Notes under the pieces: model-generated
What the model was told of the DNA's origin: nothing
Database searches by the model: none
Seen by the model: only the letters and a program-made list of their open reading frames with translations
Shown: positions 9,558 to 19,558 of the stretch, in pieces
How positions within the stretch are numbered: the stretch's first letter is position 1
How the letters are laid out: each line of letters starts with the position of its first letter
Assembly: GCA_965225945.1 (NCBI GenBank)
Contig: CBDDBZ010000001.1
Coordinates: forward strand, 1-51,795
Source: Alphaproteobacteria bacterium
GTDB taxonomy: Bacteria > Pseudomonadota > Alphaproteobacteria > GCA-2731375
Length of the DNA stretch: 51,795 nt
Direction of reading: 5' to 3'
Position numbers and translations under genes: made by a program

Positions 9558-10557
9558 GCCGGGCGACCGTGATCGGGCCGAGGAGAAGCCGTCCGTCCTG
9601 CATCGTCACCGGCACCGAAAGTTCGCCGCCCGCCACCAGCGCCAACAGGTTCAGGATCGGCAGGGCCTCGTCGAAGTCGGCGCGGCGCATCACGCCCGCC
9701 AGCACGGCACGCTCCAGCAGCTCGCGATGCCCCTTCACCTTGGCCGTCATCGCGCCGACGAGGCGCGTTTCGGCATCGAGCGCCAGCGTACCCTCGGCCC
9801 GGATCTCGACCTTGCCCCAGACCACCCTCAGCTCCCGGATCTCGACCGCGCCGCCGCCGTCGCGCCAGGCGAGCACCATCGCCCCGATTTCGCCCAGTGG
9901 CGGTTCCGGTCCCAAGACGCTCGCCAGCAGGTCCAATCGATCGAGGGGTGCCATCCACGCCGCGTCGCCCACGGCCAGGCGATCGGCGCGCAGCGAGACC
10001 TCGCCGATGGTGTCTCCGGTCGCCGCCGGGCGTAGGTGAAGTTGCACCCGCTCGGCGACGATGGAGGCCGGGCGCACCACGCCACCCGCGCGGATCTCCA
10101 AGCTCCCGGCGAGCTGTTTCAGATCGATGGCGAGGTCGCGGAGGCGCCCGGTTCCGTCCTGGCGGTGACTGGCGAGGCCGTTCCCGATATCCAGCTCGAG
10201 CAGCACTTGGCGCCCCGGACCGGCCGCGACCGGCCCCAGGCGATGGCGGCCGGTGAGATCGAGGATGACGTGGTGGAAGTCCCAGGGCTGGATCACCGCG
10301 GAAAGGCGGTCGGCCTCCCAGGCCGGCGCGTTTCGATCGTCGGCCATCGCCAAGCGGGGCCGGGCGATATCGACGACCACGCGATAGGGAAAACCGCGCC
10401 GCTCCAGGCCGGCGTACGCCGCCACCCGGCCCTCGGCCCGGCGTGCCTCGGTCCAGTCCTCGATGGCCCCGACCACGACGCTGGCGACGACGGCGTAATA
10501 GCCCACATAGGCGGCGACGGCGAGCGCCACCGCGCCGATCAACGCCCAGTAACGCAC
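9478..10557 (-). CDS. DUF2125-family membrane-anchored protein
   Basis: N-terminal TM helix, GFPYR motif, LAWRDGGG.VEI, convergent to tyrC as in other alphaproteobacteria. Confidence 0.75.
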   Translation of the reverse strand: MRYWALIGAVALAVAAYVGYYAVVASVVVGAIEDWTEARRAEGRVAAYAGLERRGFPYRVVVDIARPRLAMADDRNAPAWEADRLSAVIQPWDFHHVILDLTGRHRLGPVAAGPGRQVLLELDIGNGLASHRQDGTGRLRDLAIDLKQLAGSLEIRAGGVVRPASIVAERVQLHLRPAATGDTIGEVSLRADRLAVGDAAWMAPLDRLDLLASVLGPEPPLGEIGAMVLAWRDGGGAVEIRELRVVWGKVEIRAEGTLALDAETRLVGAMTAKVKGHRELLERAVLAGVMRRADFDEALPILNLLALVAGGELSVPVTMQDGRLLLGPITVARLTPILLPPPAAGGGRNPLPASPARRQ

Positions 10558-10587
10558 CCCGCTACGGCCGGTTTCGGCGGCTGATGC

Positions 10588-12045
10588 CTAGCCGTCGATC
10601 CCGCCCATGCAGAGGTATTTCACCTCCAGATAGTCGTCGATGCCGTATTTCGAGCCTTCCCGGCCGATGCCGGATTCCTTGACCCCGCCGAAGGGCGCGA
10701 CCTCGGTCGAGACCAGGCCGGTGTTGATGCCGACCATGCCGTATTCCAGGCCCTCCGAAACCCGCCAGATCCGGCCGATGTCGCGGGAATAGAAATAGGA
10801 GGCGAGGCCGAACTCGGTATCGTTGGCCATCTCGATCGCCTCGGCCTCGCTCGAGAAACGGAAGATCGGCGCCAATGGGCCAAAGGTCTCCTCCCGCGCC
10901 ACGACCATCTCGGGCGTGACGTCGACCAGCAGCGTCGGCTCGAAGAAGCTGCCGCCGAGGGGGTGACGGGCGCCACCGACGACGACGCGGGCGCCCTTGG
11001 AGAGCGCGTCGGCGATGTGCTCCTCGACCTTGGCTACCGCCGCCATGTTGATCAGCGGGCCCTGGTCGACCCCCGCCTCCAGGCCGTTGCCGACCTTGAG
11101 GGCGGAGACCGCCTCGGCGAGTTTGGCGTTGAAGGCATCATGGACGCCGTCCTGCACCATGATCCGATTGGCGCAGACGCAAGTCTGCCCGGTGTTGCGA
11201 TATTTGGAGATCATCGCGCCCTCGACCGCCGCGTCGAGATCGGCGTCGTCGAAGACGATGAAGGGGGCGTTGCCGCCGAGCTCCATCGAGACCTTCTTTA
11301 CCGTGCCGGCGCATTGCTCCAGCAGGATCTTGCCGACCTCGGTGGAGCCGGTGAAGGTGAGCTTGCGGACGATCGGATTGGCGGTGATCTCAGCCCCGAT
11401 GGCACCCGAGGCGCCGGTGACGACGGAGAGGACACCCGCCGGCAGGCCCGCGCGCGCCGCAAGTTCGGCCAGCGCGAGCGCCGAATAGGGCGTCATGGAG
11501 GCCGGCTTCACCACCATGGTGCAGCCGGCGGCGAGCGCCGCGCCCGCCTTGCGGGTGATCATCGCTGCGGGAAAGTTCCACGGCGTGATCGCGGCGGTGA
11601 CGCCGATCGGCTCGCGCAGCACGACGATCCGCTTGTCAACCTGATGCGCGGGGATGGTATCGCCGTAGACCCGCTTGGCCTCCTCGGCGAACCACTCGAT
11701 GAAGCTCGCCGCATAAACCACCTCGCCCTTGGCCTCGGCCAACGGCTTGCCCTGCTCAAGCGTCATGATGGTGGCGAGATCGTCGGCGTTTTCGAGCATC
11801 AGATCGTGCCAGCGCCGGAGGATTTGGCTGCGCTCCTTGGCGGTCTTGGCCCGCCAGGGCGGAAGCGCGCGGTTTGCCGCCTCGATCGCACGGCGGGTCT
11901 CGCTGGCGCCCATTTTCGGTACCGTGCCGATGGCCTGGTCGTCGGCCGGGTTGGTGACCTCGATGGTGGCGCCGTCGTCCGCGTCGCGCCAGCCGCCGTC
12001 GATGTAGCATTGCTGGCGAAACAGCGTCTGGTCCTGGATCTGCAT
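10588..12045 (-). CDS. gabD: NAD(P)-dependent succinate-semialdehyde dehydrogenase
   Basis: ITPWNFP, FTGSTEVG, MELGGNAPF, GQTCVCAN, EETFGP, GREGSKYG. Confidence 0.93.
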   Translation of the reverse strand: MQIQDQTLFRQQCYIDGGWRDADDGATIEVTNPADDQAIGTVPKMGASETRRAIEAANRALPPWRAKTAKERSQILRRWHDLMLENADDLATIMTLEQGKPLAEAKGEVVYAASFIEWFAEEAKRVYGDTIPAHQVDKRIVVLREPIGVTAAITPWNFPAAMITRKAGAALAAGCTMVVKPASMTPYSALALAELAARAGLPAGVLSVVTGASGAIGAEITANPIVRKLTFTGSTEVGKILLEQCAGTVKKVSMELGGNAPFIVFDDADLDAAVEGAMISKYRNTGQTCVCANRIMVQDGVHDAFNAKLAEAVSALKVGNGLEAGVDQGPLINMAAVAKVEEHIADALSKGARVVVGGARHPLGGSFFEPTLLVDVTPEMVVAREETFGPLAPIFRFSSEAEAIEMANDTEFGLASYFYSRDIGRIWRVSEGLEYGMVGINTGLVSTEVAPFGGVKESGIGREGSKYGIDDYLEVKYLCMGGIDG

Positions 12046-12226
12046 GGTTCCTCTCCTCGCCTGTTCGGCGTTGCTGGGTTGCGACCAGCTTACCCCGAGC
12101 CGGCGGTAGGCCCAAGCGATCCCGAGCGCGTGTAGCTAGCTAGCTACCTGCCCCCGCGACCATCTCGCGCGCGTCGAGTATCCGGGGTAGGTTCCGGCGC
12201 TGCGAGAGCAGGGTGGAGGGGTGGCG

Positions 12227-13276
12227 ATGAAACTCGGCTTGTCGATCGGCTATTCGGGGGCGGCGATGGAGCTGCCGGTGGCCAGGGTCCAGCGGGCGGA
12301 AAAGCTCGGCTACGACTCGGTCTGGACGGCGGAGGCCTATGGCTCCGACGCGGTGACGCCCTTGGCCTATCTCGCCGCCCGGACCAGCCGAATCAAGCTC
12401 GGCACCGCGATCATGCAACTCGCCGCCCGCACGCCGGCCAACGCCGCCATGGCCGCCGGCACCATCGACGCCATGGCCGGCGGCGGCCGCTTCATCGCCG
12501 GGCTCGGCGTCTCGGGCCCGCAGATCGTCGAGGGCTGGTACGGCCGCCCCTGGGGCCGGCCCTACCATTGGCTCAGGGACTATGTCGAGATCATGCGCAA
12601 GGTCTTCCGCCGCGAGGCGGGCCTCGCCCACGACGGCAAGCAGATCGCGCTGCCTTACGAGGGCGAGGGCGCCATGGGCGTCGGCAAGCCGCTACGCTCG
12701 ATCCTGCACATGAACCCCGATATCCCGATCTACATCGGCTCCGGCGGCGAGGCGACGGTGCGGCTGACGGGCGAGGTCGCGGACGGCTGGCTGCCGCTCG
12801 GCTTCACCCCCGGCAGCTTCGAGGAATACCGCCCCTGGCTGGAGCAGGGCTTCGCGCGGGCCGGCGGCGCCAAGAGCTTCGATGATTTCGAGATCCAGGC
12901 CTCGGTCCATGTCGAGATCGAAGAGGACGTTCAGGCCGCGCTGCTTCGGCTGAAACCGAGGGAGGCGCTCTACATCGGCGGCATGGGGCACCGGGACAAG
13001 AACTTCCACAAGGAGATGATGATCCGCCGGGGCTACGCCGACGCGGCGGCGCGGATCCAGGAGCTCTATCTCGACGGCGCCAAGGACGAGGCGGCGGCGG
13101 CGGTGCCGGACGAGTGGGTCGACGCCAAGGCGCTGGTCGGCCCGCCGGCGCGGATCAAGCAGCGCTATGCTGCCTGGGAGGAATCCGGCGCCACCGCGCT
13201 CACCGTCAGGACCAAGCAGGACGCGGCCGTCGACCTGATGGCCGAGGCCGCGCGGCTCGACCTGCCGGCCGCCTGA
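12227..13276 (+). CDS. LLM-class (luciferase-like, possibly F420-dependent) oxidoreductase
   Basis: GYDSVWTAEAYGSD, IKLGTAIMQ, GLGVSGPQIVEGWYG, GEVADGW. Confidence 0.9.
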   Translation: MKLGLSIGYSGAAMELPVARVQRAEKLGYDSVWTAEAYGSDAVTPLAYLAARTSRIKLGTAIMQLAARTPANAAMAAGTIDAMAGGGRFIAGLGVSGPQIVEGWYGRPWGRPYHWLRDYVEIMRKVFRREAGLAHDGKQIALPYEGEGAMGVGKPLRSILHMNPDIPIYIGSGGEATVRLTGEVADGWLPLGFTPGSFEEYRPWLEQGFARAGGAKSFDDFEIQASVHVEIEEDVQAALLRLKPREALYIGGMGHRDKNFHKEMMIRRGYADAAARIQELYLDGAKDEAAAAVPDEWVDAKALVGPPARIKQRYAAWEESGATALTVRTKQDAAVDLMAEAARLDLPAA

Positions 13277-13435
13277 GAGTCGAAGGTCTACCAGGCCGAA
13301 CGGCTCGACAAGCTGGGGATGAACGTGGTCGAGGTGGAGCCACGTGACGCCCATGCGTTCGGCGGCGGCCTCCACTGCCGCACCGCCGACGTGCGGCGCG
13401 AGGGCGGGCTGGAGGGCAATTTTCCCAAGCCGTGA
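13277..13435 (+). pseudogene. C-terminal fragment of a glycine/inosamine amidinotransferase-family gene
   Basis: My translation: ESKVYQAERLDKLGMNVVEVEPRDAHAFGGGLHCRTADVRREGGLEGNFPKP*; GGGxHCxTxD is the catalytic-Cys motif. Confidence 0.75.
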
Positions 13436-13462
13436 GGGCGTGGCGCCAGCGCCCACCGCCCC

Positions 13463-14641
13463 TCAAGGCCGGCGATTTCGCCTGAGATCGTCCTCGTCGT
13501 CCCACAGCAAAAAGTCCGGGCCCAGGTCGCGCAAGGTGGGACAGCCCATCTGCGCCATCGTCAGGTCCAACTCCTCGCTCAGGATCTCGATCGCCCGGCC
13601 GGCGCCGTCGATCCCGCCAGCCGCGGCCCCATAGAGCGTGGGCCGGCCCATAAAGACGAACTTGGCGCCGAGGCAGAGCGCCACGACGATGTCGGCGCCG
13701 CGCCGGACGCCGCTATCGAGCATCAAGGTCACCCGCTCGCCCACCGCCTTGTCGATCGCCGGCAGCACCTCCAAGGGCGAGGGCGCGCGGTCGAGCTGGC
13801 GGGCGCCGTGGTTGGAGACGATGATGCCGTCGATCCCGATTTCGGCGGCGCGGATCGCGTCGTCGGGATGCATGATCCCCTTCAGCACGAAGTTGCCCGG
13901 CCAGAGCTCGCGGAAACGCTCCACGTCCTTCCAGTCCAAGGGCGCGGTGGTCTGGCCGCTGACGAAGTCCGCGACGGTCTCCGGGTCCGGATCGTCACCG
14001 GCATAGGGCGCCCAGTTGGCGAAGAAGGGAAAGCCGTGCTTCATGTAGTCGGCCATCCAGGCGGGATGGCGTAGCGCCTCCAGCTTGGTCCGAAACGTCA
14101 TCTTGAGCGGCCGAGTGAAGCCGTTCCTGATGTTGCGCTCCCGCTTCGAATGCACCGGCACGTCGACCGTCAGGACGAGGGTCGAGAGGCCCGCGTCGCG
14201 CACCCGGCGGATCATGTCCTCCGAGATCGACTTGGTCCGCGCGGCGTACATCTGGTACCAGCCGTTATCCGGCGCGACGCGGGCCAGATCCTCGATCGAG
14301 GCGGTGCTTGCGCCGGACATGGTGAAGGGGATGTTGCGGCGCTTCGCCGCCTCCGCCAGCATCAGGTCGGCGCCCGGGCGAAACAGCGCGGCCATGCCGG
14401 TCGGCGAGATGCCGAAGGGGCTGGCGTATTCGCGGCCGAAGATCGCTTGGCTTTGGTCGCGAACCGAGACGTCGACCAGATAGCGCGGCACCAGGCGATG
14501 CTCGCGAAACATCCGCTCGTTCCGCGCCAAGCCGTCCTCGTCCTCCGTCCCGCCCTCGATGAAGTCGAAGGCGATCTTGGGTATCCGACGCTTCGCCAGC
14601 CGGCGCAGATCGTCGATGTTGACGGCGTTCTCGAGCTTCAT
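13463..14641 (-). CDS. FMN-dependent alpha-hydroxy-acid oxidase/dehydrogenase
   Basis: LTVDVP, LKGI, VSNHGARQLD, DSGVRRGAD. Confidence 0.92.
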   Translation of the reverse strand: MKLENAVNIDDLRRLAKRRIPKIAFDFIEGGTEDEDGLARNERMFREHRLVPRYLVDVSVRDQSQAIFGREYASPFGISPTGMAALFRPGADLMLAEAAKRRNIPFTMSGASTASIEDLARVAPDNGWYQMYAARTKSISEDMIRRVRDAGLSTLVLTVDVPVHSKRERNIRNGFTRPLKMTFRTKLEALRHPAWMADYMKHGFPFFANWAPYAGDDPDPETVADFVSGQTTAPLDWKDVERFRELWPGNFVLKGIMHPDDAIRAAEIGIDGIIVSNHGARQLDRAPSPLEVLPAIDKAVGERVTLMLDSGVRRGADIVVALCLGAKFVFMGRPTLYGAAAGGIDGAGRAIEILSEELDLTMAQMGCPTLRDLGPDFLLWDDEDDLRRNRRP

Positions 14642-14701
14642 CGGCCGGGCCCTCTCCCTTGGTTCGGCCGACGCGCACGCGGGCGGGGCGGCCGGTAGTC
14701 C

Positions 14702-15595
14702 TCAGCCGGTCTCGGCGAGCGGTTCCCGTTCCTCGACGTGGCCCAGGATCGAGCTGCGGGAGCCGCGCTGGTTCTCGTAGATCGAACCCTCGTTACGCGC
14801 CGGCGGTAACGGCATGCGGACCGGCACGGGGGCGAGCCTGGCCACCACCGAAGGCGTGCCGGCGACCATGGCCGCGTCGTATTCCTCGATTTCCGGCGTC
14901 CCCATCAGCGGCCAGGCGTCGGCGGCGGTGTATTGCTGCAGCAGGACGCGGCGATGGCTGTTCGACTGGTTGGGCGGCGAGCCATGCACCGCGCGGACGT
15001 GATGCACGGTGATCGAGCCCGCCCGGCCCGTCAGCGCCACGGCTCGAGGGTAGATCGCATCGGCCGCCGCATCGTTGATGGCGCCACAAAAATAGCCCTC
15101 GGCGTGATGATCGTAGGTCGGGCCCCTGTGGCTCCCCGGCACGATCCTGAGGGCGCCGTTCTCCAACGTCATGTCGTCGATCATGATGCCGACGGCGCAG
15201 AGGTCGTCGTTGGTATGGGGATAGAAGGCCCAGTCCTGGTGCCACTCGACCGGCGCCCCGCCGCCGGCCGCCTTCATGTTGAGCTTGGAGATCTGGTAGC
15301 GGACGTCGGGACCGATCAGCCGCACCACCACCTCGACGATCCCCGGGTGTCGGATCGCCCGCTCGTAGACCTCGTGAAAGGCTTGCGGCGTCTTCAGGCG
15401 GCGCACCTTGGGCGCGTCGGGGCCGTGCCCGTCCTCGAGATCGTAGAGCTCGGTGTGGCCTGTGACCTCGCGCGACTGCTCGACGAAGTCCTCGGTGACG
15501 CGCCGTAGTTCCGCCACCTCGCCCTGGGAAAGCACGTCGGCTACGACGAGGTACCCGTTCGCCCGATAGAACTCGACGTCGCGCTCGCTCAGCAT
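14702..15595 (-). CDS. Phytanoyl-CoA dioxygenase (PhyH)-family Fe/2OG oxygenase
   Basis: FYRANGYLV, WHQD, NGALRIVPGSH, HGSPPN; start MLSERDV at 15595. Confidence 0.9.
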   Translation of the reverse strand: MLSERDVEFYRANGYLVVADVLSQGEVAELRRVTEDFVEQSREVTGHTELYDLEDGHGPDAPKVRRLKTPQAFHEVYERAIRHPGIVEVVVRLIGPDVRYQISKLNMKAAGGGAPVEWHQDWAFYPHTNDDLCAVGIMIDDMTLENGALRIVPGSHRGPTYDHHAEGYFCGAINDAAADAIYPRAVALTGRAGSITVHHVRAVHGSPPNQSNSHRRVLLQQYTAADAWPLMGTPEIEEYDAAMVAGTPSVVARLAPVPVRMPLPPARNEGSIYENQRGSRSSILGHVEEREPLAETG

Positions 15596-15654
15596 GTGGA
15601 TCTCCCGCCGGAAGGGCGCCTGGCTGGGCTGGATATTACGCCCGCGCGGGCCGG

Positions 15655-16575
15655 TCAAGGAAGAGGCGGCGGTCGAGATTTGCGTCCATTGCTTTGACCG
15701 CCGGCCGCGCCGCGCCGTTCGCGGCGCAGCACGTAGAGGGTGCTGGCGATAATGATCAGGCTGCCGAGCCAGGTCGCCACCCCCGGAGAATCGCCGAAGA
15801 CGAGCCAACCCCCCACCGCCACCCATACCATCTTGGTGTAGTTGAAGGGCGCCAGAGTCGAGGCCTCGGCCCGCTGGAAGGCGCCGATCAGACAGAGGTG
15901 CGCGGCCACCCCGAAGGCGCCCAGCGCCATGAAGACGCCGTAGTCGGCCGCTTCGAGCGGGCGCCAGAAGAAGGGCACCGCCAGGCTGCACCAGAAGAGG
16001 CCGCCGAGGCCGGTGAAGAACAGCATGGTGAAGGTCCGCTCGCTCGCCGCCAGGGCCCGGGTCGCGATCTGGAACAGCGCCATGGTCACGGCCGTGACCA
16101 GCGGCATGAGCGCGGACCAATGGGCGAACTCGCCACCGGGACGCACGATCACCAGCACGCCCGAGAGGCCCACGATCACCGCGCCCCAGCGGTGACGGTC
16201 CACCGGCTCCCCCAACAGCAGCGCGGCGAGGGCGACCATGAAGAGCGGCGAGGTGAAGCTGATCGCCGTCGCCTCGGCGATCGGCAGGTGGACCAGGGCG
16301 ACATAGAGCGCGGCGATGGAGGCGACCAGCAGGAACGCCCGGGCCATGTGCATCACCGGCCGCCGGGTCCTGAACGCGTATCGTCGCGCCCCCGGCACGG
16401 CCAAGGCCCAGAGCACCAGATAAGTGGCGATGGCGAGGAAGTAGCCCCAGGTGATCTGGACGGGATGCAGATCCCGGGTGAGGTACTTGGCCCAGGTGTC
16501 GATGATGGCGATGAAAAGGATCGCGCTCGAAAACAGACCGATCGCCAGCGTGGTCCGCGCCTTCGGCGCGATCAT
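15655..16575 (-). CDS. DMT/EamA-family transporter
   Basis: ~10 hydrophobic segments, LPIAEATAISFTSPLF, LLGE, EASTLAPFNY. Confidence 0.9.
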   Translation of the reverse strand: MIAPKARTTLAIGLFSSAILFIAIIDTWAKYLTRDLHPVQITWGYFLAIATYLVLWALAVPGARRYAFRTRRPVMHMARAFLLVASIAALYVALVHLPIAEATAISFTSPLFMVALAALLLGEPVDRHRWGAVIVGLSGVLVIVRPGGEFAHWSALMPLVTAVTMALFQIATRALAASERTFTMLFFTGLGGLFWCSLAVPFFWRPLEAADYGVFMALGAFGVAAHLCLIGAFQRAEASTLAPFNYTKMVWVAVGGWLVFGDSPGVATWLGSLIIIASTLYVLRRERRGAAGGQSNGRKSRPPPLP

Positions 16576-16640
16576 GCCTCCCCCGGCGCGAAGCCGCCAC
16601 CGCCGGCGATCCGGGCCCGCCCGCGCACGCGGAGCCAGCC

Positions 16641-17420
16641 CTAGGCGGTGACGCCGCCGTCGACCGGTAGCGCCGCGCCGGTGACGAAGGAGGCCTCGTC
16701 CGACAGCAGGAAGAGCGCCGCGTTGGCGATCTCGTGCGGCTGGCCGGGGCGGTTCATCGGGGTTTGCCCGCCGCGTTTCAGGACCAGCTCCTCCTTGTCC
16801 ATGCCCTGGGTCGACTGCTGGTCGGGCCGGGCGACGAAGACCCGGAGCATCGGCGTGTCGACCGGTCCGGGGCAGACCGCGTTGACCCGGATGTTGTCGC
16901 CGGCGAGCCGCTTGGCGAGCGCCTTGGTGAAGCCGACGACGGCGAACTTGGCGGCCGAATAGACCGGGCTGAACTGCGAGCCCTGCAGGCCCGAGCTGGA
17001 CGCGGTGTAGAGCAGCGCGCCGCCGCCGCGCGCCCGCATTTCCGGGATCGCCGCCTCGGTGGTGACCAGGATGGTGCGCAGGTTCAGTTCGACGGCGAGG
17101 TCGAAATCCGCCATGTCGATGCCCTCGATCGCCGCCGGACCCGGATGGCCGACGTGATCCCAGACGAAATCCAGGCCGCCGAAGGCGCTCGCCGTCTCGG
17201 CGACGATACGGCGCGAATCCTCGTCTTTTGTCAGATCGGCGACGATACCCTTGGCGCGCCCGCCCGCCGCCTCGATCTCCGCCACCACGGCCGCCACCGC
17301 CTCGGCATCGATATCGACCACGCCGAGGGCCGCACCCTCGGCCGCGAAGCGGACCGCGCCCGCCCGTCCCATGCCCGAGCCCGCCGCCGTCACGATTCCC
17401 AGCTTGCCCTCGAGCCGCAT
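16641..17420 (-). CDS. SDR-family oxidoreductase
   Basis: TAAGSGMG, YSAAK, IRVNAVCPG. Confidence 0.92.
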   Translation of the reverse strand: MRLEGKLGIVTAAGSGMGRAGAVRFAAEGAALGVVDIDAEAVAAVVAEIEAAGGRAKGIVADLTKDEDSRRIVAETASAFGGLDFVWDHVGHPGPAAIEGIDMADFDLAVELNLRTILVTTEAAIPEMRARGGGALLYTASSSGLQGSQFSPVYSAAKFAVVGFTKALAKRLAGDNIRVNAVCPGPVDTPMLRVFVARPDQQSTQGMDKEELVLKRGGQTPMNRPGQPHEIANAALFLLSDEASFVTGAALPVDGGVTA

Positions 17421-17510
17421 CCTCGTTCCTCCCGATTGATCTCGTGCGACGCCAATTCCGCGCCGCCCGGCGGATCCTAGCCTATTGCCCGCCGGCGCGG
17501 AATCGCGGCC

Positions 17511-19001
17511 TCAGCCGTAGCGCGCCTCCAAATGTCGGCGGAAGGTGGCGACGTCGAAGCTTCGCCCGGTGGCCCGGGTCAGCAGGGTCTCGGCGCCGCC
17601 CGGCAGCCGGCCGTGGCGATGCACGTTCTCGCGCAGCCAGGCCAGCAGCGGGCGGAAATCGCCCCGGGCCAGCGGCGCGCGCACCTCTCCCGCCGCCTCC
17701 GCCACCTCGAACAGTTGCGCCGCGGCGATCGCGCCCAGCGTGTAGGTCGGAAAATAGCCGAAGCTGCCGCCCATCCAGTGGATGTCCTGCAGGCAGCCGT
17801 CGGCGTCGTCGGGCGGGCGGATGCCGATCAGCTCCTCGTGCAGCTCGTTCCACGCCCCCGGCAGATCGGCCATGGCGAGATCGCCCGAGAGCAGCGCCAC
17901 CTCCAGCCGGTGGCGCAGGATGATGTGCAACGGATAGGTCACCTCGTCCGCGTCCACCCGGATCAGGCTCCGCGCGACGCCGTGGGCGTGGCGGGCCAGG
18001 TTCTCGGCCGTCCAGGCGGGACCGTCGACGCCGAGCGCGCGGCGCACCTCGGGCGCGACGAAGGACAGGAACTCAGGCCCACGGCAGGCCTGCATCTCGA
18101 TGATCAGCGACTGGCTCTCGTGGATCGCCATGCCAAGCGAGGCGCCGACCGGCTGGTAGCGCCATTCGAGCGGCAATCCTTGGCCGTAGAGCGCGTGGCC
18201 GGTCTCGTGCAGCACCGCCATCACCGAGGGCCAGGGGTCGGCCTCGTCGTAACGCGTGGTGATGCGTGAATCGTCCCTGACCCCGCCGGTGAAGGGATGA
18301 TGGCTCTCGTCCAGGCGGCCGTGCTCGAAATCGAAGCCGAGGACCCGCATGAGCCGCTCGGCCAGTTCGCGTTGCCGCGCCCGGGGAAAATTCCCCTCGA
18401 GGGGGAGCGCCGGCGGCGCCTCGCCCTGGCGCGCCAGCGCGCGGTCCACCAGATCGGGGAGAAATTGCGCCAATTCGTCGAGGATCGCCGTCACCCGGTC
18501 GAGGCGCAGGCCCGCCTCGTGCGCGTCCAGCAGGGTGTCGTGGACCGAGAGGCCGAAGGCCTCCCCCCGCGCCGTCGCCGCCTCGCGGACCAGTGCCAGG
18601 ACTTTCTCCAGATGCGGTCGCTGGCGGGCGAAGTCGTTCGCCGGCCGGGCCTCGCGCCAGCACATCTCGGAGGCGGAGTTGGCCCTGGTCAGCGCCTCGT
18701 TGAGCGCCACCGGCACTGCCTGTTGGATCCGGAAGATGCGCCGCATCTCGCCGAGGTTGGCGCGCCGCCAGTCGTCGAGCGCCTCTTCGTCCGCCTCCGC
18801 CGCCGCCAGATCGTCGCCGAGCGTCGGCGCGCTCAGCATTTCCTGGCGCAGCCGGCCGAGGTAGGCGAGCTGTTCCGCCCGCCCGGCGGCGGCGCCCGAG
18901 GGCATGATGGTGGCGTGATCCCAGCCCAGGATGGCGCCGGCCTCGCCCAGCAGCGCGGCGCCGCGAAACCGTTCGACCAGGCGTTCGTAGGCACTCGCCA
19001 T
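17511..19001 (-). CDS. Carboxypeptidase M32 (Taq-like)
   Basis: HPF, RITTRY, HETGH, HESQS, IRVDADEVTYPLH, GCLQDIHW, FGYFPTY. Confidence 0.95.
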   Translation of the reverse strand: MASAYERLVERFRGAALLGEAGAILGWDHATIMPSGAAAGRAEQLAYLGRLRQEMLSAPTLGDDLAAAEADEEALDDWRRANLGEMRRIFRIQQAVPVALNEALTRANSASEMCWREARPANDFARQRPHLEKVLALVREAATARGEAFGLSVHDTLLDAHEAGLRLDRVTAILDELAQFLPDLVDRALARQGEAPPALPLEGNFPRARQRELAERLMRVLGFDFEHGRLDESHHPFTGGVRDDSRITTRYDEADPWPSVMAVLHETGHALYGQGLPLEWRYQPVGASLGMAIHESQSLIIEMQACRGPEFLSFVAPEVRRALGVDGPAWTAENLARHAHGVARSLIRVDADEVTYPLHIILRHRLEVALLSGDLAMADLPGAWNELHEELIGIRPPDDADGCLQDIHWMGGSFGYFPTYTLGAIAAAQLFEVAEAAGEVRAPLARGDFRPLLAWLRENVHRHGRLPGGAETLLTRATGRSFDVATFRRHLEARYG

Positions 19002-19022
19002 CGCTCGTGCGGGCGGCCTAGG

Positions 19023-19463
19023 CTAGAGGCTGAGCGGCTCGCGGGTCGCGACCAGGCCGGGGTTCTCGTGCCAGATGGCGGGGTCCGCGTCGACGAAGAC
19101 CTCGAGCTGGTTGCCGTCGGGGTCGTGGAAATAGATCGACTTGGTGACGATGTGATCGGCCGTCCTGGCGATCTCGACTCCGTGCGCCTCCAGATGCGTC
19201 TTGGCCTCGCGCAGCGTCTCCAGATCGTCGCCGATCTTGAAGGCGACATGCGCCAGGCCGGGCGCGTCGTCGGGGGCGTCGGGCGCCGCCTCGCCGACCG
19301 CGATCAGCGCCAGATCGTGATGGTTGTCTTCAATGGAGAAGAAGCTCATCTGGCCGGAATACCCGCCGACCTGCTTCAGCCCGAGGACATCACGGTAGAA
19401 CGATATCGAACGCTCCAGATTTCTGACCTTGAGTACGACATGACCCAGCCCGTGGACTTGCAA
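19023..19463 (-). CDS. VOC/glyoxalase-family protein
   Basis: LGHVVLKVRNLERS, HVAF, SIYFHDPDGNQLE; GAGGAGG then TTG start at 19463. Confidence 0.88.
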   Translation of the reverse strand: MQVHGLGHVVLKVRNLERSISFYRDVLGLKQVGGYSGQMSFFSIEDNHHDLALIAVGEAAPDAPDDAPGLAHVAFKIGDDLETLREAKTHLEAHGVEIARTADHIVTKSIYFHDPDGNQLEVFVDADPAIWHENPGLVATREPLSL

Positions 19464-19558
19464 TTGCCGATCCTCCTCGCTCGCCGCTCGCGCGCGGCCG
19501 TTGCCAGGCACGAATGTAGTCCTGCGGGCCACCCGGGTCCAGGCCGGATCGGCCGCGC

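Noticed and set aside
13274-13435. Selenocysteine or readthrough extension of the LLM gene
   Set aside because: Downstream part belongs to an unrelated family and is only a fragment; no convincing SECIS; the LLM protein is already complete
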